Assembly (NCBI GenBank): GCA_964556485.1
Contig: CAZKVV010000001.1
Coordinates: 84,551 to 148,550, forward strand
Length of the DNA stretch: 64,000 nucleotides
From: an uncultured Pseudomonadales bacterium
GTDB taxonomy: Bacteria; Patescibacteriota; Microgenomatia; UBA1400; PJMF01
Reading direction: 5' to 3'
Below, piece after piece: positions 55,930 to 64,000 of this stretch; position 1 is the first letter of the stretch, and every line of letters starts with the position of its first letter. A program made the position numbers and the translations under genes. The notes beneath the pieces were generated by a model. It was not told the DNA's origin. It worked only from the letters and a program-made list of their open reading frames with translations, and searched no databases.

Positions 55930-56655
55930 TTACGCTAGTGTGCCACTTTTTTGCGCTTTTTTCTTCGCGTGGATTTCGAACAAACCTTTAGGTTGGTTGA
56001 TATTGAATTTCTCTAGCTGATAGCCATCTTTGAAATAGGTAAGAACAAATCCGTGATTAGTGAGCAATTCGGAAAGTTTTACCATGCTTTGATTTTTAGT
56101 TGAATGGTACTCAATGTGGATCTGGTCAATGAAGTGGAGAACGTTTGGGCAGGATTCAAGGACAAGTTGTTCGGCACCTTCGATATCTAGTTTTAGCAGG
56201 TCCACTTGAGTGGTTACGATGTCAGATAGCGGAATGGTTGGAACCAGGATTTCGGTTGATTTTTGTTGTTTGGTCCAGGCACCGTTGATAAAACTGCCGG
56301 TGGACCACCATTGGTTGGCTGTTTCATCAATGTAAAAGGGGAGCTTGTCTTTGGTTGCGGCAAGAGCTGCATTGATACAGATTATATCTTGTAGTTGGTT
56401 TTCAAAAATGTTTTGTTCTAGCAATGCAAACAGATACGGGTTTGGTTCGACTGCGGTAATAGTTGCCAAAGGGTACTGTGTCTTGAAGTACAGCGTTGCT
56501 AGCCCAATGTGCGCACCCGCATCAATGATGGTTGGGTTGGGACTAGTTGTCTCAAAGTAATAAGTGTTGTGCGAAAAAATTTCTCGCTTGAGGTGGTGGT
56601 ACTCTTCGGAGTTATGAAAGTGAACGGTAAAGTTTTGCAATTTTGCGTTTGGCAT
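55930..56655 (-). CDS. FkbM-family methyltransferase
   Basis: IDAGAHIG, EPNP, LKLDIEGAE, EYH. Confidence 0.9.
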   Translation of the reverse strand: MPNAKLQNFTVHFHNSEEYHHLKREIFSHNTYYFETTSPNPTIIDAGAHIGLATLYFKTQYPLATITAVEPNPYLFALLEQNIFENQLQDIICINAALAATKDKLPFYIDETANQWWSTGSFINGAWTKQQKSTEILVPTIPLSDIVTTQVDLLKLDIEGAEQLVLESCPNVLHFIDQIHIEYHSTKNQSMVKLSELLTNHGFVLTYFKDGYQLEKFNINQPKGLFEIHAKKKAQKSGTLA

Positions 56656-56697
56656 AGGGGTATTGTACCTTACAGAAAAAAGCAGGGGGAACGGCAT

Positions 56698-56723
56698 AAA
56701 AAACCCATCCGTGAGGATGGGTT
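56698..56723 (-). terminator. Intrinsic terminator
   Basis: AACCCATCC/GGATGGGTT with A-run on the left. Confidence 0.7.
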
Positions 56724-56731
56724 AGTTGCAT

Positions 56732-56956
56732 TTATAAATCATAGGCTGCCAGCACTACATAAACTACTAGAACGATGGAGCCCGCTACTCCTGTCACCAG
56801 TGTAGCAATTGCTGCTACACCGACAATGTAGATAAAAGCTTTGTCAAAGCCTTTATCTAACATAAGGAAAAGAATTATTGCTACCAGAGCCCACGTAATT
56901 CCAGCTGCTTTTGCAGCAGCAAGAAGTGAAATGAGCACGAGAATGAAAGTCAACAT
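56732..56956 (-). CDS. Small hydrophobic membrane protein
   Basis: 74 aa, SD GGAGG, own promoter and terminator. Confidence 0.6.
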   Translation of the reverse strand: MLTFILVLISLLAAAKAAGITWALVAIILFLMLDKGFDKAFIYIVGVAAIATLVTGVAGSIVLVVYVVLAAYDL

Positions 56957-57131
56957 TTTGCCTCCATTATCTGTATCTGTGGAAAATTTTGAAATTTTGA
57001 TTTATAAATTGTTAAACAACACGACAATTATAGCATGATTTAGCCTGAAAATCAAGTTATAGGCTTAAAACATCGCTTTGGGTGCATGAGAGCGATGTGG
57101 TACTCTATATCCCAATACCAGAGATACAAAG

Positions 57132-58031
57132 GTGAAAAGTATGAGATATATTGGCGCACATGTTTCAGCTAGTGGTGGACTTGAAAAAGCCGTAGAGAGA
57201 GCGAATGACTTGGGGTCTAACGCACTGCAACTCTTTAGTGGTAGTCCGCGGGTGTGGAAGCGAAAAGACCTGAGTGAAATTACAACCAAAAAAATGTTTG
57301 CACTTCGTAGTGAATTGCAGTTTGGACCAGTGGTTACTCATGCACTGTATTTAGTTAATTTGGCATCTAGTAAACCCGAACTAATGGAGGGTTCCATTCG
57401 GGCACTACAATACGATATGGCCTTCGATAGTCTTATTAAGGGTTCGGGAGTGGTGGTGCATTTGGGTAGTCATTTGGGTGCTGGCTGGGAGGCTGTACGA
57501 GACCAAGTTGCAACCAACGTGGCGCGCATCATACAAAACAGTCCTAGTGACGCAACTTTTTTGATTGAGAATTCAGCGGGCCAGAATGGCAAACTGTGTA
57601 GTGATTTAGCTGAAATTGCTTGGCTTATTGAGCAAGTTAACTCTCCTCAATTAGGGTGGTGTTTTGATACCTGTCACTCACATGCTGCTGGCATGAGCAT
57701 TGGCGATCCTGCAGGTCCCGATGCTGTTGCAGGCGGTGCTGGTCAGACGGAGTGGGGGAGTGAAAAAAAATATGCTGTCATGCAGATCGAAACGCATGAT
57801 TTGTGGAAGCACTTGCGGGTTGTGCACGTCAATGACAGTAGAGATGCCTTTGCATCTGGACGAGATCGACATGAGAACTTAGGCAAAGGGAACATTGCTG
57901 AAGACGACTTTCGATACTTTTTAAACAGGCCAGAGCTGCGGAGTGTGCCATTGCTGACTGAGGTCCCTGGGTTGGATGGCAATGGACCGGACGCGGTTAA
58001 TGTTGCAGTCTTGAAGTCATACTTACAGTAG
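57132..58031 (+). CDS. nfo: Endonuclease IV
   Basis: IGAHVS, H..YL.NL, ENSAG, CFDTCH, HVNDS, DRHENLG, E.P. Confidence 0.95.
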   Translation: MKSMRYIGAHVSASGGLEKAVERANDLGSNALQLFSGSPRVWKRKDLSEITTKKMFALRSELQFGPVVTHALYLVNLASSKPELMEGSIRALQYDMAFDSLIKGSGVVVHLGSHLGAGWEAVRDQVATNVARIIQNSPSDATFLIENSAGQNGKLCSDLAEIAWLIEQVNSPQLGWCFDTCHSHAAGMSIGDPAGPDAVAGGAGQTEWGSEKKYAVMQIETHDLWKHLRVVHVNDSRDAFASGRDRHENLGKGNIAEDDFRYFLNRPELRSVPLLTEVPGLDGNGPDAVNVAVLKSYLQ

Positions 58032-58075
58032 ATTGATCACTGTTTATTTTTTAATTATCTAGATATGATAGATGT

Positions 58076-58369
58076 GTGTACGAAAAAGAACATACATCAG
58101 TTACTGAGAATGCTGGTAAGCCTGAGAATGAGCGTTTACGCGAATCTCTCTCATTGCAAGATCGAGCAGATTTATTTCTCTCTCTTAATCGGGAAGCAGA
58201 ACGTTTGGGACCGATAGAAGTTTTTGAAGACAAATATGATTTTGTGATTCGAGATTATCCATTAAATACTGTTCCCAGTTGTGATTGGGGTGAGTATTTT
58301 TCAGAGCAGCCAATAGGGCTGCAGCACAAATTCACACCCAACTTTCTCTCTACAATCGTAAGTTGTTAA
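58076..58369 (+). CDS. Short hypothetical protein (possibly truncated remnant)
   Basis: 97 aa ORF, no recognisable motif. Confidence 0.35.
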   Translation: MYEKEHTSVTENAGKPENERLRESLSLQDRADLFLSLNREAERLGPIEVFEDKYDFVIRDYPLNTVPSCDWGEYFSEQPIGLQHKFTPNFLSTIVSC

Positions 58370-58477
58370 AAAGCAGGCACTAGAAAAAGTGCTCGGATAT
58401 TGTATTAAAAAAGAGATACTTCGTCAATGACTATAGGACTATATTTGCCATTATAAACCTGGTATAATAACCTTCTT

Positions 58478-59398
58478 ATGATTGTTTTTGATGGAAACAC
58501 ACTAGCAAAAAGTCGAGAACTTGCCGTGCACGAGCGGATTGCTTCACAGGTAACTTCTCAGGGTGGCAAAATAGCTATAGCTGCGATTCTGTTTGTAGAA
58601 GACATTGGTAGCCGGTTGTATACGCGACTCAAAAAAGAAGCTGCGCAGCGAGTTGGTATAGAGTACAAAGTGTATTCTTTTTCGCTCTTAGACAATCCAG
58701 ACAGCATTATTTCAACTTTACAAACACTTAATGCAGATGGCGACATAACTGGCATTATAATTCAAAAACCATGGCGCAAAACATGGATTGATTCCAGATC
58801 TAGCGGGAATACTAGTGGAAATATGCGGGAAATGAATTTTGCATATAATACTTGGTGGAATACGCTTGTTGAGGGCTTAAATCCCGCGAAAGATGTTGAT
58901 GGTTTACATCCAAAAACCCGCGAAAGTATTTTGGCTGGTACTAGAGTAAAAGAGGGTAGAGTATTACCAGCAACGGTTCAAGCAATCTATACCATTTTAG
59001 AACAAGCGCAGTTAGAGTTATCGTTTAAGTTGAAAGAAAAAAAAGTCGGTATTATTGGTACCTCAGATATTGTGGGATTGCCTCTGTACCTGGAAATGCA
59101 GAGTAGGGGAGTGAAATGTGAATTGCTGGGTAGAAAAGAATTGCAAGCAAAAGTAGGTGCGGGGAGTGGTCTCAAAGATTCAGATATTATCATTTCTGCA
59201 ACTGGAATAGAGAAACTTATTACAGGAGAGATGGTGTCTGAAGGTTGTATCGTCATTGACGTTGGTGAACCCAGACCTGATGTTGATTTTGCCTCAGTTT
59301 CACCAAAGGCCTCATTCATTACGCCAGTGCCAGGGGGCGTTGGTCCACTTACCGTTGTAAGTTTGCTTGAAAATGCTTTGACGCTATTTGCTCACTAG
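58478..59398 (+). CDS. folD: Bifunctional methylenetetrahydrofolate dehydrogenase/cyclohydrolase
   Basis: GIIIQ.P, KDVDGL, S.IVG.P, IDVG, TPVPGGVGP.T. Confidence 0.93.
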   Translation: MIVFDGNTLAKSRELAVHERIASQVTSQGGKIAIAAILFVEDIGSRLYTRLKKEAAQRVGIEYKVYSFSLLDNPDSIISTLQTLNADGDITGIIIQKPWRKTWIDSRSSGNTSGNMREMNFAYNTWWNTLVEGLNPAKDVDGLHPKTRESILAGTRVKEGRVLPATVQAIYTILEQAQLELSFKLKEKKVGIIGTSDIVGLPLYLEMQSRGVKCELLGRKELQAKVGAGSGLKDSDIIISATGIEKLITGEMVSEGCIVIDVGEPRPDVDFASVSPKASFITPVPGGVGPLTVVSLLENALTLFAH

Positions 59399-59450
59399 AT
59401 CTTCTCGAGTAGTATGATATAATTTCACTTCTAGTAATACTACAATACAT

Positions 59451-59531
59451 CTGCAGCGTTGGTACGCGTCCTGAAATTACACTACCAGCCCGTGCAGCTC
59501 GCACTAGAAAGCGAGAAAAAAAAGGACAGAT
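59451..59531 (+). promoter_or_regulatory. Structured rpsB leader with loop-SD pseudoknot
   Basis: CTGCA/TGCAG and GTTGGTA/TACCAGC stems; loop GTCCT pairs with AGGAC at the SD. Confidence 0.5.
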
Positions 59532-60254
59532 ATGCTTCAGACTTTTTCTGATCTTCCAAACAAAGCACCAGATTACGACTTGAGAGAACTTCTCGAGGCC
59601 GGATGTCATTTTGGTCACCAAAAAGCCAAGTGGAATCCTCACATGAGAGAGTGGATCTACATGGAAAAAGATGGTGTGCACATTTTCGATTTGGCAAAAA
59701 CAGCTGCTCAGTTGCAGATGGCATATAACTATGCATTTAAACTTGGCTCACAAGGCAAATCGGTTATTTTTGTTGGTACTAAGAAGCAAGCCCGAGAAGT
59801 TATTGAAAATGCTGCAAAATCAGCTGGAGTAGGATTCATTACTTCAAGATGGCTGGGTGGATTTCTTACCAATTGGGATCAGGTTCGCAAATCTATTAAG
59901 CGAATGACTGAGATTGAAAAAGGTCTTGAAACAGGTAAATATGATAACTACACCAAATACGAGCGTGTTCAACTAGATAAAGAGAAGACAAAATTATCAC
60001 GTTTTTTTGTTGGCGTACAATCACTCAAAGAAGTGCCGGATTGTATTTTTATCGTTGACCCGGGTAGAGAAAAAATTGCAGCATCTGAAGCTCGAAGTAT
60101 GAACGTGCCAGTAGTTGCACTCATCGACTCTAACTCAGATCCAGATCTAGTTGATCTTCCAATTCCAGCAAATGATGATGCTTTGAAGAGCGTTACCTAT
60201 ATTGTTGAGCAGTTTGCAGCTGGATATGCCGCTGGTAAAGCTGCTGGAAAATAA
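59532..60254 (+). CDS. rpsB: 30S ribosomal protein S2
   Basis: LLEAGCHFGH, WNP.M, FVGTKKQA, RWLGG.LTN, PANDD. Confidence 0.98.
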   Translation: MLQTFSDLPNKAPDYDLRELLEAGCHFGHQKAKWNPHMREWIYMEKDGVHIFDLAKTAAQLQMAYNYAFKLGSQGKSVIFVGTKKQAREVIENAAKSAGVGFITSRWLGGFLTNWDQVRKSIKRMTEIEKGLETGKYDNYTKYERVQLDKEKTKLSRFFVGVQSLKEVPDCIFIVDPGREKIAASEARSMNVPVVALIDSNSDPDLVDLPIPANDDALKSVTYIVEQFAAGYAAGKAAGK

Positions 60255-60284
60255 GTACCATTTACTTTGAAATAAAGGAGAACT

Positions 60285-60743
60285 ATGTCATTTACTGCTG
60301 CTGATGTAAAAAAGCTGCGCGAGGAAACTGGTGCGGGCATGATGGATTGCAAGCGCGCTCTTGATGAAGCTAAGGGTGACTTTGAGCAAGCTAAAGAGAT
60401 TGTGCGACTCAAGGGTTTGGCAAGAGCAGAGAAGAAAGCTGATAGAGAAACCAAAGAAGGGTACATAGCTAGCTATGTACACGCTAATGGTAAGACAGCA
60501 GCGCTTGTTGAAATTTTATGCGAGACAGATTTTGTTGCTCGAAATGAAGATTTTCGTGAAATGGCTAAAGGTGTTGCAATGCAGGTTGTTGCCATGAGTC
60601 CTGAAACTGTAGAAGAATTGCTCGAACAAGAGTTCATCAAAGATCCATCACTTACTGTTGCTGACATTATTAAAGGTGTTTCAGGAACGATTGGTGAGAA
60701 ATTTGTAGTGAATAAGTTTGTTCGCTACGCAGTAGGAGAGTAG
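60285..60743 (+). CDS. tsf: Elongation factor Ts (short form)
   Basis: VKKLREETGAGMMDCK, ETDFVA, IGE. Confidence 0.96.
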   Translation: MSFTAADVKKLREETGAGMMDCKRALDEAKGDFEQAKEIVRLKGLARAEKKADRETKEGYIASYVHANGKTAALVEILCETDFVARNEDFREMAKGVAMQVVAMSPETVEELLEQEFIKDPSLTVADIIKGVSGTIGEKFVVNKFVRYAVGE

Positions 60744-60768
60744 TTTTACAGCGATTATTTTGAAATTG

Positions 60769-60795
60769 AAAGCGCCGGCACATGCCGGCGCTTTT
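60769..60795. terminator. Bidirectional terminator
   Basis: AAAGCGCCGGCA/TGCCGGCGCTTT between convergent tsf and queA. Confidence 0.85.
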
Positions 60796-60802
60796 GGATT
60801 CT

Positions 60803-61900
60803 TTACAGTATCAACATCCCATCGCCGAAAGAGTAAAATCTGTACTCATTTTGAATTGCATGAGTGTATGCAAGGCCAATAATTGATTCGCCAAAAGTAC
60901 TAAACAAGTGCTCTGTATTGGGTTGCGAACAAAAGGCTGAGACTAACATTAACAGCGTAGATTGCGGCAGGTGAAAGTTGGTAATCAACACATCAACGCA
61001 AGTACATTGATATGGTGGATAGATATAGATATCTGTTTCTCCTGTTTTTGCGGTGACAGTAGCAGTGCCATCATCAGCGCGTTTGGTGCAAGATTCTAAG
61101 ACTCTTGCTGAAGTTGTTCCCACAGCCACAATTCGATTTCCATTAGCCTTGGTTTCAGTAATAGTTTTTGCAGCTAACTCGGACAATTCAAACCATTCAC
61201 TATGCATGTGGTGCTGCGTAATATCTGAAATTTTTACTGGTAAAAAAGTACCAAGTCCTACATGGAGGGTTAGTTCAACAATAATGACGCCCATTTTTTG
61301 CAATTTTTCATCAAGTTCTTTGGTGAAGTGCAGACCAGCAGTTGGAGCCGCTGCCGAGCCGTCATGCTTGGCATACGTAGTTTGGTATCGATCTTCAAAC
61401 GCGTTTGGCGAATCGGTGTGTGCGTCTGAAATGTAAGGGGGCAATGGTGTAATGCCAATGGTGTGGAGTTCGGCAATTAAATCTGGACCAGCTTTAGAAA
61501 ATTGCATGTGTCTGGTGTACCCGTCGGAAGAAGTGCCGACACACTGAGCAGAAAGGGTCGCAGTAAGTGCAACCTCTTGTCCCATTTTGAGCCCTGGTTT
61601 TGTTAAACAATCCCAGATTTCAGTTTCAGCTGTTTGCGACAGTTTTTTAGTGAGCAACAGTTCCACTAATCCGCCCGTCGTTTTTTTACCATAGACACGT
61701 GCTGGAATAACTTTGGTGTTGTTACGAACCAGCACATCACCTGGAAGCAAAAAATCAGTGAGGTTGGAAAAAACACTATCAACAAGTTCGCCAGTGGTTT
61801 TGCTTACGACTAGCAACTTGCTGCTGTCACGAGGTTCGAGGGGATACTTAGCAATACGTTCAGGTGGAAGAATATAGTCAAAATCGGTGAGTTTCAGCAT
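60803..61900 (-). CDS. queA: SAM:tRNA ribosyltransferase-isomerase
   Basis: DFDY.LP, NTKVIPAR, PLPPYI, AAPTAGLHF, TNFHLP, YRFYSFGD. Confidence 0.97.
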   Translation of the reverse strand: MLKLTDFDYILPPERIAKYPLEPRDSSKLLVVSKTTGELVDSVFSNLTDFLLPGDVLVRNNTKVIPARVYGKKTTGGLVELLLTKKLSQTAETEIWDCLTKPGLKMGQEVALTATLSAQCVGTSSDGYTRHMQFSKAGPDLIAELHTIGITPLPPYISDAHTDSPNAFEDRYQTTYAKHDGSAAAPTAGLHFTKELDEKLQKMGVIIVELTLHVGLGTFLPVKISDITQHHMHSEWFELSELAAKTITETKANGNRIVAVGTTSARVLESCTKRADDGTATVTAKTGETDIYIYPPYQCTCVDVLITNFHLPQSTLLMLVSAFCSQPNTEHLFSTFGESIIGLAYTHAIQNEYRFYSFGDGMLIL

Positions 61901-61933
61901 GACACTATTATACTCGGTGCCTGGTATAATAGC

Positions 61934-63121
61934 GTGGTGAATACACCTTTTTCCTTTGAATTACAAAAAACAGTTGGTAAAATGCGAGCGGGAAAAATAA
62001 CGACGCCACATGGTGAAATAAAAACACCTATTTTTATGCCAGTGGGTACTGCGGCATCGGTAAAGGCGTTGGATGCGCGCGACATCACTGATGCAAAGTC
62101 GCAAATAATTTTAGCTAACACGTATCATTTATATCTTCGCCCAACAACTACAGTATTGCAGGAAGCTGGAGGTATTCATGCTTTTATGAAGTGGAATGGC
62201 CCGGTGCTTACTGATTCTGGTGGTTTTCAGGTGTTGTCTTTGGGAGATGCAATTGCTCACAAACAAGAAAAGGGGAGTGATGCAAAAACAGGTGTTACTA
62301 TTACCAATGAAGGCGTGGAGTTTAGGTCTCATTTAGATGGATCTAAGCACTTTTTTTCTCCACAGAAATCGATACAAATTCAGAGAGAAATCGGATCTGA
62401 CATTGCTATGGTTTTTGATGAGGCTTTGCCAGATAGTAAACCACTTGAGTATGCCCAGGCGTCACTGGCAAAAACCCACAGTTGGGCGAAAGCATGTTTC
62501 GACTATTGGGAAGAGTATGATCGCAAGAATGTCTATGGTTTATACCAGGCGCTGTTTGGCATTGTGCAAGGTGGATTATTTAAAGAATTGCGTCAAGAAT
62601 CTGCTAAGTACATTGCTAGTTTAGACTTTGATGGCGTTGCTGTTGGTGGTGAAACTGTTGGCTATAATCTTGCAGGTACCACAGAGGTGATGCAGTGGAT
62701 CGAGCCGCTCTTGCCAGCTAACAAACCACGGTATGCAATGGGAATGGGAATGAATCCTATCGATTTGGTCGAGGCGGTGAAAATGGGATTTGATATGTTT
62801 GATTGCGTTGCCCCAACACGCTTGGCACGAAATGGTTCTTTGTATGTAGGAAAGTTAGAAGAAAGAAATGGTGAGCCAGTGTTTGTCTCCACTGAAAAGA
62901 ATGGACGTACCAATATAAGTACTGTGCAGTACACGTTAGATAACAGACCAATTCAGGAAGATTGTGATTGCTATACCTGCGAGAGTGGTTACTCGCGTTC
63001 CTATTTACGCCACTTATATAAAGCTGCCGAATTAAGTTATTATAGATTAGCATCAATACATAATATCCGCAGCATGGTTCGCCTGAGTGAACAACTGCGT
63101 CGATTTGTGATTGAGCATTAA
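61934..63121 (+). CDS. tgt: tRNA-guanine transglycosylase
   Basis: TPIFMPVGT, NTYHL, DSGGFQ, GIVQGG, DMFDCV.P, CDCYTC...H. Confidence 0.96.
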   Translation: MVNTPFSFELQKTVGKMRAGKITTPHGEIKTPIFMPVGTAASVKALDARDITDAKSQIILANTYHLYLRPTTTVLQEAGGIHAFMKWNGPVLTDSGGFQVLSLGDAIAHKQEKGSDAKTGVTITNEGVEFRSHLDGSKHFFSPQKSIQIQREIGSDIAMVFDEALPDSKPLEYAQASLAKTHSWAKACFDYWEEYDRKNVYGLYQALFGIVQGGLFKELRQESAKYIASLDFDGVAVGGETVGYNLAGTTEVMQWIEPLLPANKPRYAMGMGMNPIDLVEAVKMGFDMFDCVAPTRLARNGSLYVGKLEERNGEPVFVSTEKNGRTNISTVQYTLDNRPIQEDCDCYTCESGYSRSYLRHLYKAAELSYYRLASIHNIRSMVRLSEQLRRFVIEH

Positions 63122-63152
63122 AAGTAACTAAGCGTTAACGAAATTGCAACGT

Positions 63153-64000
63153 ATGACTCGAACTGCCCGTCGGTCTACAAATCGACCCGTACCTAGAAAA
63201 GCTAGCGTCCGTCGTGTGTCACAAGTTCCTGTAAAACGAGTTGTTAAACGATCCCGGATTGCCAAAAAAAGTGGCACCATGCCACCACTTTTCAGAACAC
63301 TTTTAATTGTTCTTTTCGCCGTTTTTTTCGTTTCTTGTGTAGCAGTAGTAGTATGGTTTTTTGTATTTCCTTCACTGTTGCTTTCGGGAATTACACAGAA
63401 AAATACTGTATACGTTTCACAAACTTTAGACTCTGAGGACAATATAATTCTATTTGCACAATTTAATAAAGATTTGCAAACCAGCAAGGTTTTTGCAGTG
63501 GATGGAACCATGGAGATAGTAGTGCCAAATGGCTATGGCACGTATGCACTTGAATCTCTGTATCCATTGCTCAAAATGGATGCATGGGAAGATGCCACAC
63601 TCAAATCAATAATGGGTAGAGCACTTACGGTACCGGTTGACGAATTGTTAGTAGGTGAGCCAATTCTTGCGGCAAATTTTACCAAAAAAGCCGCTCAAAA
63701 ATCGTTGCTCACCGCTATCAAAGGTACTTCGCCATTTGCGATAGACCAGTATGTTTCATTATTACGACTCTATTTTCTGGTGAGTTCGAGAGATGAAATT
63801 TCATTTTTTACTACTGATGAAGGCGCCAAATTTGCCGAGGAGGTGACGCTAGTGTTAGGAGAAGGCGAAGAAATGTGTTCAGTAGCAATTGTAAATACTA
63901 CTGCAACTCCGAAGCTTGCCGCCAAGATTGTGGAATTGTTTGAAAAAAATGGTATCTATGTGATTCGAGAAGACAGTACCATGGGGGAGCTTGCGCATAC
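63153..64000 (+). CDS. Membrane-anchored LCP-like/LytR C-terminal domain protein (truncated by window end)
   Basis: Basic N-terminus, TM, VPNGYGTY, ...VAIVNTTATPKLAA...NG; frame open to the window end. Confidence 0.6.
   Translation, partial: MTRTARRSTNRPVPRKASVRRVSQVPVKRVVKRSRIAKKSGTMPPLFRTLLIVLFAVFFVSCVAVVVWFFVFPSLLLSGITQKNTVYVSQTLDSEDNIILFAQFNKDLQTSKVFAVDGTMEIVVPNGYGTYALESLYPLLKMDAWEDATLKSIMGRALTVPVDELLVGEPILAANFTKKAAQKSLLTAIKGTSPFAIDQYVSLLRLYFLVSSRDEISFFTTDEGAKFAEEVTLVLGEGEEMCSVAIVNTTATPKLAAKIVELFEKNGIYVIREDSTMGELAH

Noticed and set aside
61901-61933. preQ1 riboswitch between queA and tgt
   Set aside because: Only 33 bp, fully occupied by two divergent TATAAT boxes
81-63511. Many short ORFs in the supplied track overlapping larger genes
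   Set aside because: Antisense or out-of-frame shadows of well-supported genes, with no motifs
1-64000. CRISPR array, integrase, transposase or prophage
   Set aside because: No regularly spaced direct repeats and no recognisable mobile-element genes
1-64000. TGA recoding (code 25 as in Gracilibacteria/Absconditabacteria)
   Set aside because: Core genes are full-length under code 11 and several ORFs end in TGA

Overview
The window looks like a small-genome Patescibacteria (CPR, Microgenomates-like) chromosome segment in genetic code 11. This is inferred from the compact gene packing, short EF-Ts, extended L31 and many orphan genes. Housekeeping genes are tmk, recR, hpf, cysS, ychF, cca, rpsF-ssb-rpsR, ctpA, prfA, rpmE, glmS, hisS, dnaB, tRNA-Leu(CAA), lgt-lspA-rluA, glyA, nfo, folD, rpsB-tsf and queA/tgt. 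They are interleaved with orphan or accessory genes, several of them frameshifted. The most notable signals are non-coding: (1) two tandem copies of an unrecognised ~120-130 nt pseudoknotted RNA motif, each with its own promoter, before an HD-domain gene (52945-53353); (2) a glmS ribozyme with two hairpins inserted in its catalytic core and a wobble-substituted P2.2; (3) leaderless Cys-Cys and His-His-His leader-peptide attenuators ahead of the cysS operon and hisS; (4) boxA-like motifs in the leaders of accessory genes. An accessory block at ~12-30.6 kb encodes a protein of five Death-like/EAD7-like repeats, a Zn-ribbon-PP2C, a radical SAM protein, DHH-like proteins (one with a possible SAVED-like tail) and a 1890-aa DEAH helicase. 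These may be host-directed effectors, which is inference only. No CRISPR array, integrase or transposase was seen. All family assignments come from motif recognition by eye, not database searches.
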